From the NCBI RefSeq assembly GCF_030028105.1, contig NC_092395.1:37230424-37294423 (forward strand): DNA of 64,000 nt, written 5' to 3'. Positions 12,001 to 24,499 of this stretch are shown in pieces. The notes under the pieces are model-generated. The model saw only the letters and a program-made list of their open reading frames with translations. It was not told the DNA's origin and did no database searches. This DNA comes from Mobula birostris (Eukaryota). How positions within the stretch are numbered: the stretch's first letter is position 1; every line of letters starts with the position of its first letter. The position numbers were made by a program, and so were the translations under genes.

Positions 12001-12639
12001 GGTAGATAGGGTAGTTAAGAAAGCTTATGGGGTGTTAGCTTTCATAAGTTGAGAGATAGAGTTTAAGAGTCGCGATGTAATGATGCAGCTGAATAAAACT
12101 CTGGTTAGGCCACAATTGGAGTACTGTGTCCAGTTCTGGTCGCCTCACTATAGGAAGGATGTGGAAGCATTGGAAAGGGTACAGAGGAGATTTACCAGGA
12201 TGCTGCCTGGTTTAGAGAGTATACATTATGATCAGAGATTAAGGGAGCTAGGGCTTTACTCTTTGGAGAGGAGGAGGATGAGAGGAGACATGATAGAAGT
12301 GTACAAGATAATAAGAGGAATAGATAGAGTGAATAGCCAGCGCCTCTTCCCCAGGGCACCACTGCTCAATACAAGAGGACATGGCTTTAAGATAAGGGGT
12401 GGGAAGTTCAAGGGGGATATTAGAGGAAGGTTTTTTTTAAAACTCAGAGAGTGGTTGGTGCATGGAATGCACTGCCTGAGTCAGTGGTGGAGACAGATAC
12501 ACTAGTGAAGTTTAAGAGACTACTAGATGGGTATATGGAGGAATTTAAGGTGGGGGATTATATGGGAGGCAGGGTTTGAGGGTCAGCACAACATTGTGGG
12601 CCAAGGGGCCTGTAATGTGCTGTACTATTCTATGTTCTT
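9037..12639 (+). mobile_element. 5'-truncated CR1 LINE (end of ORF1 esterase plus nearly complete ORF2 APE-RT), decayed
   Basis: ORF1 SGNH-type FLDHWDLFWGRWDLYRLDGLHLN; ORF2 [57 protein letters not shown]; ttctatgttct tail. Confidence 0.95.
9300..9627 (-). mobile_element. Short LINE 3' end (Rex1-like) nested in CR1 ORF1, with 6-bp TSD GCAATA
   Basis: GCAATA at 9294-9299 and 9628-9633; removing the insert restores GSNILAGRFA; (TCATAG)n tail. Confidence 0.8.
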
Positions 12640-14887
12640 AATAGGTTGGTGCAACAAGGGTTAAAACGTTGTGGAATGGAAAGGATCTTACAGAGATTAC
12701 ACCTTTTAGCATGCTATTATGAATGATTACAAAAGCGTGAATCGTTGGTGGACATTGGACCATTGCACAATAATTTATGATGCAAACCTCATTGATCTAC
12801 CTTCCATCTTTGCTGATGTGACACCAACATCCCTGCTAATCAACTCACCGTGGGAGGGTAACAGGAGAAGTAACAAAGGTACTGAAATCCATGAGCTCAC
12901 ATGCCACATCCACAGATAAAGCCATTAGTGAGTCAGCTGTATCAAAGTTCATAGGACCTTCTTCCATCTCTCTCCTTGTACTGATGCCTGTGTGGAAATA
13001 AACCTGTTATTAATTACATAGACTTCAGTATTCATTCCATCTAGGCTGGCCTTAGAACAGCCATATTTGGTCCATAGTTTGTCATTTGCCTTAATGACTT
13101 CATAGGTGAATCACATCAGGTTCTGTTTGATACCACTCCTGTGAAAATCCCTTGGGACATTATTGATATGAGCAATATATATAGACAGAGACAATAGGGG
13201 CTCAAGATTATTCTCCAAAAATAAAAAGATAATGCTATTGAAAGTTTGTTTAATCCAGAGTAGAGATTCAACATAGTGTTACCAAGGTAAACCCTAATAC
13301 TGATACTTTTACAAAAAGCATTATAGTGTTCCTCACTAATGGTTTAATATCAAACAAGTTGGTATGGTATAAAACCAGAGCTTTTTCACTATTGCTGGGG
13401 ATCACAGGGATGGGAGATCTCAGTCAACAAAGCAGGAACTATTCTTATTTGATATTTCCTCGTTTTTAGGATTTGAGTTATATGAATAATATTGCACTCA
13501 TAATTATTTAACTGTAAGAAAAGCCAATGAAGACTGGAATGACAATCATTCTTCATACGTCAGAGCAACTTCCATTATTTAACTCTGCGAGGGCTGTCTG
13601 CTGAAACAATCTATGGAGGTACAGTGTGAGATTTCATTTTGAGATGCCTGCTTTGATGTGTAGTTCAGCAAGCAGAAAGTGTGCGGAAGTCAAAACATTT
13701 TCCAAGTAAGAAATAAGTAACAGCCCATAGAAACCATAGGTGAAAACTAGACATAACGGTAAATGTAAGTTAGTTTCTGAGTTTTGTTAATACATTGAAT
13801 TTAGTATCTCAGTATGGACAATGTCTATATCCTTTTATCTTCTATATTAATTTCACATCATAGACTGAAACACAATCAAAACAATTGTCTGTTTGCTAAA
13901 GCAATATAATGAATGCCATCTCAGCATGTTAATAGGGGCCTGATGAATTGCTTATCATGAAATCACAGAATTATAATGCACAGCGTCTTATCAGCCCATC
14001 ATTTCTGCGCAAGCAAGGTGAGCTGCCTCAATGACTATTGAACCTTAGCACTTACATCTACTGTAATGAAGTGCTTCAAGAGGATGGTTATGGTTAGAAT
14101 TCACTGCTGCCTCTGTCAACCTGGGAAATCTAGGTCCAGTGGTACAAACAAGCAACACAAACTGGGGTCTTCCTTGGTTGTAGTGGATGACCATGAAGTC
14201 TTCTGTGCCTGGTCATGCCCTTCGCTCTCCACAGAGCATTGCAGTGTCGCCTCCTGGACATTGGATCTCACTGTAGATCTCATCTGCCCAGTTTGCCAGA
14301 GCTGACTTTGCATGCTGGGATAGACATGTCCCTAACTCACTGGGTGTAAAGCAGCTGGCTACCCTCACCTGGTCTGGCCCACCTGGCGAAGCAGTGTACC
14401 AGGTGTGGCTGCTAATGCATGCGAACAGCTACTTGAAGTCACAGGTGAGAGCTGAGTGTACAGTGGGGACCAAAGGTGAGAGAGCTTCCCCACAATGGAA
14501 ATGACAAACCCCTTCGCCAGAGGTGCTATCCCTCCCTATACAACCCACGTCTCCTAGACTTCAGTCTAAGTCATGGACAATGCACAATGAAAAGCAATGG
14601 ACAAGTACAAAGGTCAGGGAAATCCCCATGGAAACTGCCTTCCAGTCACAAACTACATCATGACCTTTGCCCTCTGCTTCCTGTCACAGAGCACTTTTTC
14701 TTGAATCCTGCAGCAGGGAAGGAGCTATACACAGTTAAATATGACAACCATCTCATTTGTGGCAACCACCAACAGCAAGTCCGTGATCAACAGTTTGTAG
14801 GTCAATGTAATACTACAGTATGTTTCAACACTCTGGTATCATGTGAATTTAAAGGATAAATTAAATGCTTCCATAGAGCTGAAGGTA

Positions 14888-15401
14888 CACTCAGCGGCCA
14901 TTTTATTAGGTGCAGGAGTAGAACCCTATGAGGTCTTCTGCTGTTGTAGCCCATCCACTTCAATGTTCAACGAGAGATGCTTTTCCACACACCACTGTTG
15001 TAACAACTGGTTATTTGAGTTCTGTCAGTTTGAACCAGTCTGACCATTCTCCTCTGACCTTTCCCATTACCAAGGCATTTTTGCCCACAGAACTGCCACT
15101 CACCGGTTGTTTCTTTAATTTTTCACACCATTCTCTGTAAACTCTAGACACTGTTTTGCATGAAAATCCCAGGAGATCAGCAGTTTCTGAAATACTCAAA
15201 CAACCCCGTCTGGCATCAACAATCATCCCATGGTCAAAGTCATTTAGATCACATTTCTTCCCCATTCTGATGTTTAGTCTGAACAACTAAACCTCTTGAC
15301 AATGTCTGCATGCTTTTATGCATTGACGTGCTACCACATGATTGGCTGATCAGATATTTGCATTAATGAGCAGCTGTACCTAATAAAGTGACCACCAAGT
15401 C
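14888..15401 (-). mobile_element. Non-autonomous Tc1-like DNA transposon (internal deletion derivative)
   Basis: Imperfect TIRs cactcagcggccattttattagg / cctaataaagtgaccaccaagtc flanked by TA; minus-strand paired-like HTH remnant MGKKCDLNDFDHGMIVDARR...ETADLLGFS. Confidence 0.85.
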
Positions 15402-16039
15402 TACAATAAATATACTCACATTAAGAAAATCTGGAAATTCTGAGCTTTTCACAAAAGCTGAGCTTATTCAAACATGTCTGTTGGACTGATGAAGAGAAAA
15501 TTTGTAGCAATCCAATTTTTTGCCAAACCAATGCAAGTGATATTCTTTGCCAAACACTAAGAGAACTTTAAGATCTCCAAAACAGATGAAGGTTATGACA
15601 GATGAAGGTAAATGATCCTGGCCACCATGGATTTAAGGTGGCGTGAGAAATAATAAGACTTCAATATATATCCGAGGCTGAAACTATAATGCCTTGTTTG
15701 TATCCAGACATTATTCTGAGTTACTATGCTTTAATAAATGCATGTAAATGACCCAAAGTCACTAATCACATAATAATTGGATAATTATGAAGAAAAAGAG
15801 TAGCAGGAGTTGCCAGGAACTCTTGAACAAGATTACTGCAATGAAACCAGACGACGTTTATCATCATAGAACATAGCAATACAGAACAGTACAGTACAGG
15901 AACAGGCCTGTTGGCCCAAGATATTGTGCAGATCTCATTAAGCTAGCAATTAAATGCCTAACTAAACTAGTCCCTTCTACCTACACAATTATGTTTCATC
16001 AGTTAACAGTTATTCATAAAAAAGAGCTCACCTTACTTT

Positions 16040-16990
16040 TTGAATTGGAATTAGAATTGGTTGAACTTGGTTTATTATAGTCCCATGTACCGAGATACTG
16101 TGAAAAGCCCCTCTTACATATGGTTCAAGCAGATCAAATCTTTACACTGTGCATTTTGATATTGTACAAGGTGAACAATAAGGCAGGCAAATAATAAGGT
16201 ACAAAATCATAATCAGAGAAATTATGAAGTCAGGAATCCATCTTATATATTAGAGAACCATTCAATGAGCTTATAACAGTGGGATAGAAGCTATCCTTGA
16301 GCCCAGTAGTATGTGCTTTCAAGCTTTTATTTATCTTCTGCCCAATGGAAGAAGAGAGAAGAGGATGTCTGGGGTGGGTGAGGTCATGAGAAATATAGAC
16401 CAAGTCCATGGAGCGGAGGCTGGCTTCTATGACTTGCTGTGCTGTATCCACAAATCCCTGCAGTTTCTTATAGTCACGTGCACAGCTGTTGCCATACCAA
16501 CCTTTACGCATCCGGATAGGTTGCTGTCTATGGTGCGTTGCTAAAATGCCTAATGGTCAACAGGAGCATGCTACATTTCTTTGCTTCCAAAGAAATAGAG
16601 GCATTGGCAAATGTTCATGGCTGTGGTAGGACCAGGGCAGGCTGTTGCTGATGTTCTCTCATAATAACTTGAAGCTCTCAGCTGTCTCAACCTCAACACT
16701 ATTGATGTAGACTGGAGCACATACATCACTTCCCCCCCACCCCCCCGGCCTTCCAGAAGTAAACAAGCAGCTTTTTTGTTTGGTTAAAATAAGGGAAAAG
16801 TTGTTGTCAAGTCACCATGCTATTATCTCCTTTCTGTACTCTAACATCATTATTTGTGATATGGGCCACTATGGTGGTATCACCTGCAAACTTTTAGATG
16901 GAGTTAGTGACTCTGGCCACACAGTCATGAGTGTATACAGAGTAGAGTAGGGGGCTGACAACACAACCTTGTAGAGTACCAGTGTCTAGA
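16040..16990 (-). mobile_element. Decayed Rex1-like LINE 3' part; boundaries approximate
   Basis: WYGNSCARDYKKLQ, KDSFYP on the minus strand; (AATTGG/AATTAG) tail. Confidence 0.7.
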
Positions 16991-17573
16991 ATAGTCTTAA
17001 TTAATTGGTTAGGTACTAACTACCCACTTTTTTATTATTGATATACCGAATGCGGGTATGATATAATTTAATGGACTACGAGGAGAAGCCAGGGAACAAC
17101 ATACACACGAGCATAGATCAGTGGTGGGAAAGTTAGATACCGAGAACCAGGATTTATCTTTATATGGGAAAGCAAGAACTGTTTAACCATAGTCAGCATG
17201 GTTTTCTTAGTGGAAGATCAAGTTTCTCAGATTTTTGAGATGGTGGTGTTTACCATTCCCTCAGTCAACCAACTTATGTTAGGTAGATGACCACCCAAAT
17301 CTTAATTCATTCAAAACTCGGTCTTTATTTATCAACAGAAATATTCCACTTACAAGTAGGTTAATTGGTCATTGTAAATTGTCCTGTGATTAGGAACAAC
17401 TGCCTTAGGATGGTGGTGTCCATCATTAAGGATTCTCACCACCCAGGACATGCCCTCTTCTCTTTGTTACAGTCAGGAAGGAGGAACAAAAGCCTGAAAG
17501 AACATACTCAGCAAATCAGGAACAACTTCTTCCTCCCTGCCATCTGATTTCTGAATGAAGATTAAACTAAACT

Positions 17574-17576
<3 letters not shown>

Positions 17577-17620
<44 letters not shown>
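17577..17620. repeat. (AT)17 (AC)5 microsatellite in a Rex1-like 3' UTR
   Basis: Read directly from the sequence. Confidence 0.95.
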
Positions 17621-18059
17621 TTAATGCATCTCAGTAATTTTGTTTCTCTACATTTATTTATCAGGTATCTCATTGTACTGCTGCCATAACGTTAACAAAT
17701 AGAACATATGCTGCTGATATTAAATCTGATTCTAATTAGGTAAACCAGGGCTGTGGGGATGCTGAGGAGTGTGGCTCAGAGACCTACTCCATGCTGTATC
17801 ACTAAAGAAAGTATTTAAATATTTAATTGACTTTAGGTCAATAACTCAGTTTCCTGAATGCTACTGATTCTTCTGTACTAAAACACACCCAGTCCCTTGC
17901 TCCAACTCCTCCAACAGGAATTCCTTGCTGGCCAAATGATTGGTGTTTCTATTAGGATCAATCCTGGCTTAAGGCTCTTCCTTCTTATAGTTAGTCTTTG
18001 GAGATCTCGCTGCTCATTTTTATTTTATTTCTATCCGTTTTGAACCATGAAATTTTGAT

Positions 18060-21000
18060 TTTGTTGGTTCTGGCTTTCCTTGCTAGGCTGTCTCCACTTT
18101 TCACTGGCTCTGGCCCAAGTAAACATCTGCCCATGATATCACTTGTTTGCTTTTCCCTGAATCAAGCCACTTCAAACCAGTGACAGCCAGTTCAAATTAG
18201 ACACTGGGCTCAAGTTATTTCAGTTTGCAGACACAGATTACTCTTCTTATTAGCCTTTTACCTTATCAAAGAGCATCCCAAAAGTAATACATATTTGAAA
18301 ATTATCTCTAATTTAGCAGATTAACTGCAGAGCAATCATTATGTCCACTTTCAATGACTTTAATCTAGCAAGCGTTATTATAAAAGACCATTGAACATGT
18401 CCATGGACAGGAAAGGGTTTAGAGGGATATTGACCAAACAGAGGCAAATGGGATTAGCATAGACTGGCATGCTGGCTGTGAACAAATTGGGCCAAAGGGT
18501 TTGTTTCCATGCTCTACAACTCATGAATCTATTAATGAGTTACTCTGTCGATTGCATTGTTAATTGTAACAAAATTTGGCTCAGTATGTTGCACTTACAA
18601 ACATTTGTACTTTCAGTACTTTACATTGGCAAGAAAGATTTCTGAATATTAAGCAGAAACTGATAATTGAGAGTCTGCTGCTGAATATATGTGTTTACAG
18701 TTTTGAGATTATTTTTAGGTTCATGAAGGTCAAACTTTCATTCCCAATTTTCTGACTAATCCTTTTTCTAGAACCACAAAATAAAGGAAAAAAGCAGGGA
18801 TTGTTGTCTTGACCGGATATTGACTACTTTAAGTAGTAAACTTTTGTACATGAAGTTCAGCTAATAAAGTCTGAACTTCATGCACAAAAGTTTTATGATA
18901 CTCTCAAACATTTTAGATTGAAAATAAAGTTAGATAAAGAACAAAATTGTGCATCCTATAGTTCGCTCCTCAGATGTTCAAATGCTGTGACTGACACTGT
19001 GCTTTCTGACGAATCAAAATGCTCCAACTCCAAAGTCAATGAAAATCAAAGAGAAAATGCATAAAGATAAAGAAAGTTAATAGTACAGGTCAAAGAAGCA
19101 CAATCTGTAAAATTGTCAGAAATGTGTTTCCAACATTTTTATTTTCTTTTTTTCCTCAACTCTGTTGTCTTTGGACTAAGTTTCCTCTTTGCTGTGCTGC
19201 GTCAGCAAGTAAAAGTGCCTGGACAGATTTCAATAAACTGAAACAGAACGTTCCTATACACAAGTAAAGAAACTATCTAATGAACTGTCCCTGACCAAAA
19301 AAGAACCTTCTTTACAATAAAGGCTGGTGTAGCTCCAAATTTGCAATCTTTCCAATTCATTTAATCATGATGTGTCCAACTTATTGATGCTAAGACATCT
19401 AACAGAGTAACAAAGCCCACATCTGTTCTGTGTCAACAATGTTGTTTTCAAATTCCACCTTACTAGAGAAATTTATTTATTTTGAGAGAAATGTGCCATC
19501 CATCTAAATAGAAAGATTAGAAGTTGCTCAGGGTAATTGCTAACGCTGCAGCTTTTAACTCAAAACAAAAAATTCAGGTTATTGGTTCTATTTGTTGCAT
19601 GAAAATGCACATGAAATGACAACAATACGTCAGTCTTCTGTGTGGAGAAACAACTTGTGACAACTGTTCATTCCATTGATAGCTCTCTTGTGTCAGATAA
19701 AATTATTTGATGGTGCTGCTTTACTCTATATTGAATTGAGAAACTTGCTTTTAATAAAGTGTAAACAGTTTGTGTCTAAGTGCTGATGAAGACTGTAAAC
19801 TGCTTAATATGAACCAGAATTCTCTCTGAAGCAATGCAACTGACCTCCTTTGTAATGGGCTTACAGAGTCATACAGCAGGGGAAAAAGCCCTTCAGCCCA
19901 TTGTGTCAGTACTAATCATCAAACATCCATTCACTTTAGTTCCACATTAATCCATACTCTGTATTAGATTATGTGCTGGCCAGTAGTGTAGTGGTATCTT
20001 GAGTTCGAATGTGGCTGGCTCCTTGCTCGCTTTCCATCCGTGCTGGGCTGAGTGTCCAGTTAGCAACTCCGCCTCATAAAAAACAGACAAATGTGTTAAA
20101 GAAACAGCAATGTTGGTGCCCGATGTGTACAAGGTACAGAAAGGGATAACAACAACTATATTTGATTATCTTGCTATTATTGCATAGAAGAGAACTGAAC
20201 TTGGTTCAGACAAATCCTGAGGGTCGTTTGGAAGTGAAGTTGCTGAGAAAAAAAATAATGACTCAAGCTTCAGTGAGAAACATTTGTGGGTTAACACACC
20301 TGACAAATCTGTTGAGAAATGTTGTATTTCAGCAACTGTTGAAGTATGAAATACAAAAGGATATGAGCAAAGATAGAATGAGAGGTGTACCTATAAACTA
20401 GTTAATTCCTGAGAAAGATTTGCAAATAAAATTAGTCACAGAATAATTTTTCACAAAAAGATTTGGAAAAGTAACACCAAGTTACACTCAAGTAGGTGAA
20501 CACGTATCAAATTCTTCAGGTTACAAGGTGCAGATTGAAAATCTGTTTGAACGGTGCCACAACAACAACCCCTCACTCAATGTCAGCAAAACCCAAAGAG
20601 CTGATTATTGATGACAGGAAGAAGAAACCAGAGATCTATGAGCCAGGCCTCATTAGGGGATCAGAGGTGGAGAGGTTTCATAACTGAATTCCTTGTTATC
20701 ATTTCATATCCTAGGGCCAGCAGGTAAGTGCCATCAAAAAGAAGGCATACAAATGTTTCTACTGTCTTAGATCTTTACATAGATTTGGCAAGTCATCTAA
20801 AACTTTGACAAAATTGTATAGATGCACAGTGTATCCTGTCTCATTACAGCCTGGTATGGAAATACCTATGCCCATCAATGGAAATGCCTACACTAAGAGG
20901 TGGGCACAGCCCAGTGCATCCACAGGTAAAGTCCTCTCCACTATGGAGCACATCTACAAGATCCAGTGCCCCCCCCCCCCACCATTCAGAACATGCTCCC

Positions 21001-21240
21001 TTCTCAGTGCTGCCTTTGCGAAGGAGTATAGAGCCTTGGGTTCTACACCACCAGGTTCGAGAACAGTTATTACCTTCAACCATCTGACTCCTGACTCACC
21101 CCAACTCTGAATGGATTCTGCAATCTGTTGACTCACTTTCAAGGACTCTACAACTAATGTTCTCTGTAATATTTATTCACTTATTTATTTATCTTTATTA
21201 TTTCCACACTTCATTTTCTTCTGCACAGTGGTTGTTTGTC
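18060..21240 (+). repeat. Local segmental duplication, copy A; boundaries approximate
   Basis: Colinear with 24500-27690 at an offset of ~6.44-6.45 kb; shares unique sequence, a SINE and a Rex1 fragment. Confidence 0.92.
19975..20156 (+). mobile_element. tRNA-derived SINE with (AAC)n tail; paralogous copy at ~26424-26605
   Basis: tagtgtagtgg A-box and gagttcgaat B-box-like motifs; aacaacaac end. Confidence 0.6.
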
Positions 21241-21939
21241 AGTATTCACAGAAACATAGAAAACCTATAGCACAATACAGGCCCTTCAGCCCACAATGCT
21301 GTGCCAAACATGCACCAACTGACCAATCTGGCAGCTTACTTTCAGCTTCACCTGGTTTTATTCTGAGTCTGTTCTTCTCCAATCCTCACTTGGCGCTTGG
21401 GTTGGTTTTGCAGCTTTGTAAAGAAAGTCATGCCGTGACTTGAAGATATATAATGTTGCTGTGGAATTCAATCTACTGTTTGCCCACTTTTCCCTACACA
21501 GGGCCAATTCTAAACTGGTGTAGCTATTCAAATCCTTTGCCGTGTATTGTTGTACTAGGGTCATCAATCACAGTGTGAAGACTGGGCTTAGTATCCATAT
21601 TGATGATGTTTTGTCATGTTCATCAATGTCCTCATGGGTTAATGCACCAAGAATGGGTGGAATGGAAAAGTTGAGGCCAAGCAGATCATCCTTTGCTGCC
21701 TTCTACAAGCTAAATTGGACGGGTAATATTTTTCACATTCATGAAATGCTGGGAAGACCTCAAGTGCTTCACAGTCAGTCAGTGTTTTTGATGTGTAAAC
21801 ACTATTAGACATGTGGGGAATTTGACAGCAAAGTATCACAGATAATGAAGTAAATGATCAGATATTCTGCCTGGAGTTGGGTGAGAGCCAGAATTAGGCT
21901 CTCCTGCAGGCTTTGCCAGTGAAAGGCAACATCTCTGTC

Positions 21940-22315
21940 AGCAACACACTCAAAATGTTGGGAAAAACTCAGCAGGGAAGGCAGCAACTATGGAAACGAA
22001 TAAACAGTCGACGCTTAGGGACGAGACGCTTCTTCAGGACTGGAGAGGAAAGAAAAAGATGTCAGAATAAAAAGGCAGGGGAGGCGAGGTCAGAGCGTGG
22101 GAAAGATAAACAGTGGAGAAGACAGAATGTGATAGGATTGGGGAGTGGACCAAGGGAGAAAGGGAAGAAGGAGAGGCACCAGGGGAAGGTTATTGGCAGG
22201 TGATGAGAAGCGGAAGAGGCCAAGAGGGGAATAGAAGAGGAGGGAAGGGGGATGGGGAAATTGCCAAAAGGAGAAATCAATGTTCATGCCATTAGGTTGG
22301 AGACTACCTAGATAG
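21940..22315 (-). mobile_element. Penelope-like element terminal fragment with decayed hammerhead motif
   Basis: caacacactcaaaatgttgggaaaaactcagc... repeat; minus strand cagtc-CTGAAGA-agcgtctcgtccc-tAAg-cGTC-gactg at 22005-22042; purine-rich tract follows. Confidence 0.65.
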
Positions 22316-22449
22316 AGAAAATCATTTTGTTACTGCACTAGAAATTCAGCTTTAACCGAGGGGCTGAGTGGCCTGCTCCTTCTCCTATGCTTGTACAAAG
22401 AAGAAATACCATGTTAATTGAACAGGAAAAAGATAGGTGAGAAGAGGAT

Positions 22450-24480
22450 TAGAAACATAGAAAAACTACAGCACAATACAGGCCCTTTGCTCACAATGCT
22501 GTGCCAAACATGTACTTACTTTAGAAATTACCTAGGTTTACCGATAACCCTCTATTTTTCTACCCTCCATATACCTATCCAGAAGTCTCTTAAAAGACCC
22601 CATCATAGCCGCCTCCATCGCCATCGCCGGCAGCCCATTCCACGCACTCACTCTGCCTAGAAAGCTTACCCCTAACATCTCCTCTGTACCTATTTCAAAG
22701 CACCTTAAATTCCATCTGCCATTAATCAACCCATTTTTCAAGCTGGTCCATGATAGCCTTCCTCCTCTCCACTACACCCCAGTCTTGGTGTAATCCACAA
22801 ATTTGCTGATCATGTTTATCACATTATCATCCAGATCATTGATATAGATGACAAACAACAATGGGCCCAGCACCAATCCCTGCTGCACTCCACTAGTCAC
22901 AGGCCTCCAGCCAAAGAGACAACCACTCTGGCTTCTCCCATAAAGCCAATGTCTACTCCAATTTACTACCTCATCTCGAATGCCAAGTGACTGACCCTTT
23001 TTGACCAACCTCCCATGCAAGACCTTGTCAAAGACTAAAGTCCATGTGGATAACATCCACTGCATTGCCTTCATGCACTTTCTTGGTAACTTCCTCAAAA
23101 ACTCTATAACATTGTGTGTGATAGATCATATCTAACCAGAGACATGCTGCTTATCCTTAATCAATCCATGTCTATCCAAATAAGTATATATCCAGTCCCC
23201 TAAAACACCTTCCAATAACTTTCCCACTACTGATGTCAGCTTCACCAGCTACAATTTCCTGGTTTATTTTTAGAGCCTTTCTTAAACAGTGGAAAAACAT
23301 TGGCTATCATCCAATCCTCTGATATCTCGCGAGTCATTAAGGATGATTTAAATATCACCGCTGGGGCCCCGGTAATTTTTCACTTGCCTCCCGCAGAGTC
23401 CAAGGGCACACCTTGTTAGGCCCTGGGGACTTATTGACCTTAATTTGCTTCAGGACAGCTAACACCTCCTCTGTAATCAGTATAGGGTTCTTGAAGTTGA
23501 TGCCACCTTGTCTCAGTACAAAAAAAAAATCATTTAAGATCTCTCCCATCTCTTTTGGCTCCACACATTTATTACCATCTGATCCTCCAGAGGACCAATT
23601 TTGTCCCTTGCTATCCTTTTGCCCTTATGATAATCTATAGAATCTCTCGGGCTTCTCTTTCAGCTTGTCTGCTATGGCAACATCATGCCTTCTTTCAGTC
23701 CTTCTGATTTCTTTCTTATGTGTTCTCTTGCATTCTTATACTCCATAAGTACCCCATTTGTTCCACCTTGCCTATATCCACTATGTACCTCCTTTTTCCC
23801 CCCCCCCTTTACCATGTCCTCAATATCTCTTGAAAACCAAGGTTCCCTATACCTGTTTTCTTTACCTTTTATTCTGACAGGCACATAAAGGTTTTATTCT
23901 CTCAAAATTTCACTTTTGAAGGCTTCCCACTTATCAAGTACAGCTTTGCTAGAAAACAGCCTGTCCCAATCTACACCTACCAGATCCTTACTGGTGCCAT
24001 CAAAATTGGCCTTTCTCCAATTTAGAATCTCAACCCCCAGACCAGACCAAACTTTTTGCATATTTACTTTGAAACAAATGGCATTGTAATCACTAAATGC
24101 AAAGAGTTCCACTGCACAAACCTCTGTCACCTGCCCGGACTCATTCCCTAATAGCAGATCAAGTATTGCACACTCTCATTGGGACTTCTACGTACTGATT
24201 AAGGGATCTTTTCTGAACACATTCAACAAATTCTATCCCATCTACCGCTTTTACAGTATCAGAGTCCTAGTCAGTATATGTAAAGTTAAAATCACCTACT
24301 GTAATAACCTCATGCTTTTTGCAACAGTCTGCAATCTCTCTACAAATGTGTAGAATCCCTCAGATTTTGGGTGTTCTATAATATAGCCCCATTCAAACAG
24401 TCATCTCTTTCTTATTTCTCAGTTCCACCCGTAACACCTCACTAGACAAGTTCTCCCATCCTGACTGAGCATTGCCTTGC
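22450..24480 (-). mobile_element. CR1 LINE fragments (a short 3' end plus an older ORF2 body); boundaries approximate
   Basis: Minus-strand peptides VFDKVLHGRL, VTSGVQQGLVLGPLLF, NKSPGP, LNWRKANF; tail ttctatgtttct. Confidence 0.85.
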
Positions 24481-24499
24481 CATTATACCATTCTTAGAT

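Noticed and set aside
14115-14550. GC-richer block resembling a LINE 5' UTR, possibly with an HDV-like ribozyme
   Set aside because: I could not build a convincing nested double pseudoknot by eye; left as an unclassified repeat
18962-19064. Peptide-like VTDTVLSDESK... stretch with three synonymous differences between duplicates
   Set aside because: A 1-nt indel between copies breaks the frame, and CpG decay can explain the pattern; no recognisable homology
20162-20401. 79-aa ORF with a 68-aa paralog at 26611-26817 as a small conserved protein
   Set aside because: Non-ATG start; similarity is explained by the DNA duplication; the copies differ by a frameshift near the end and mostly by nonsynonymous changes
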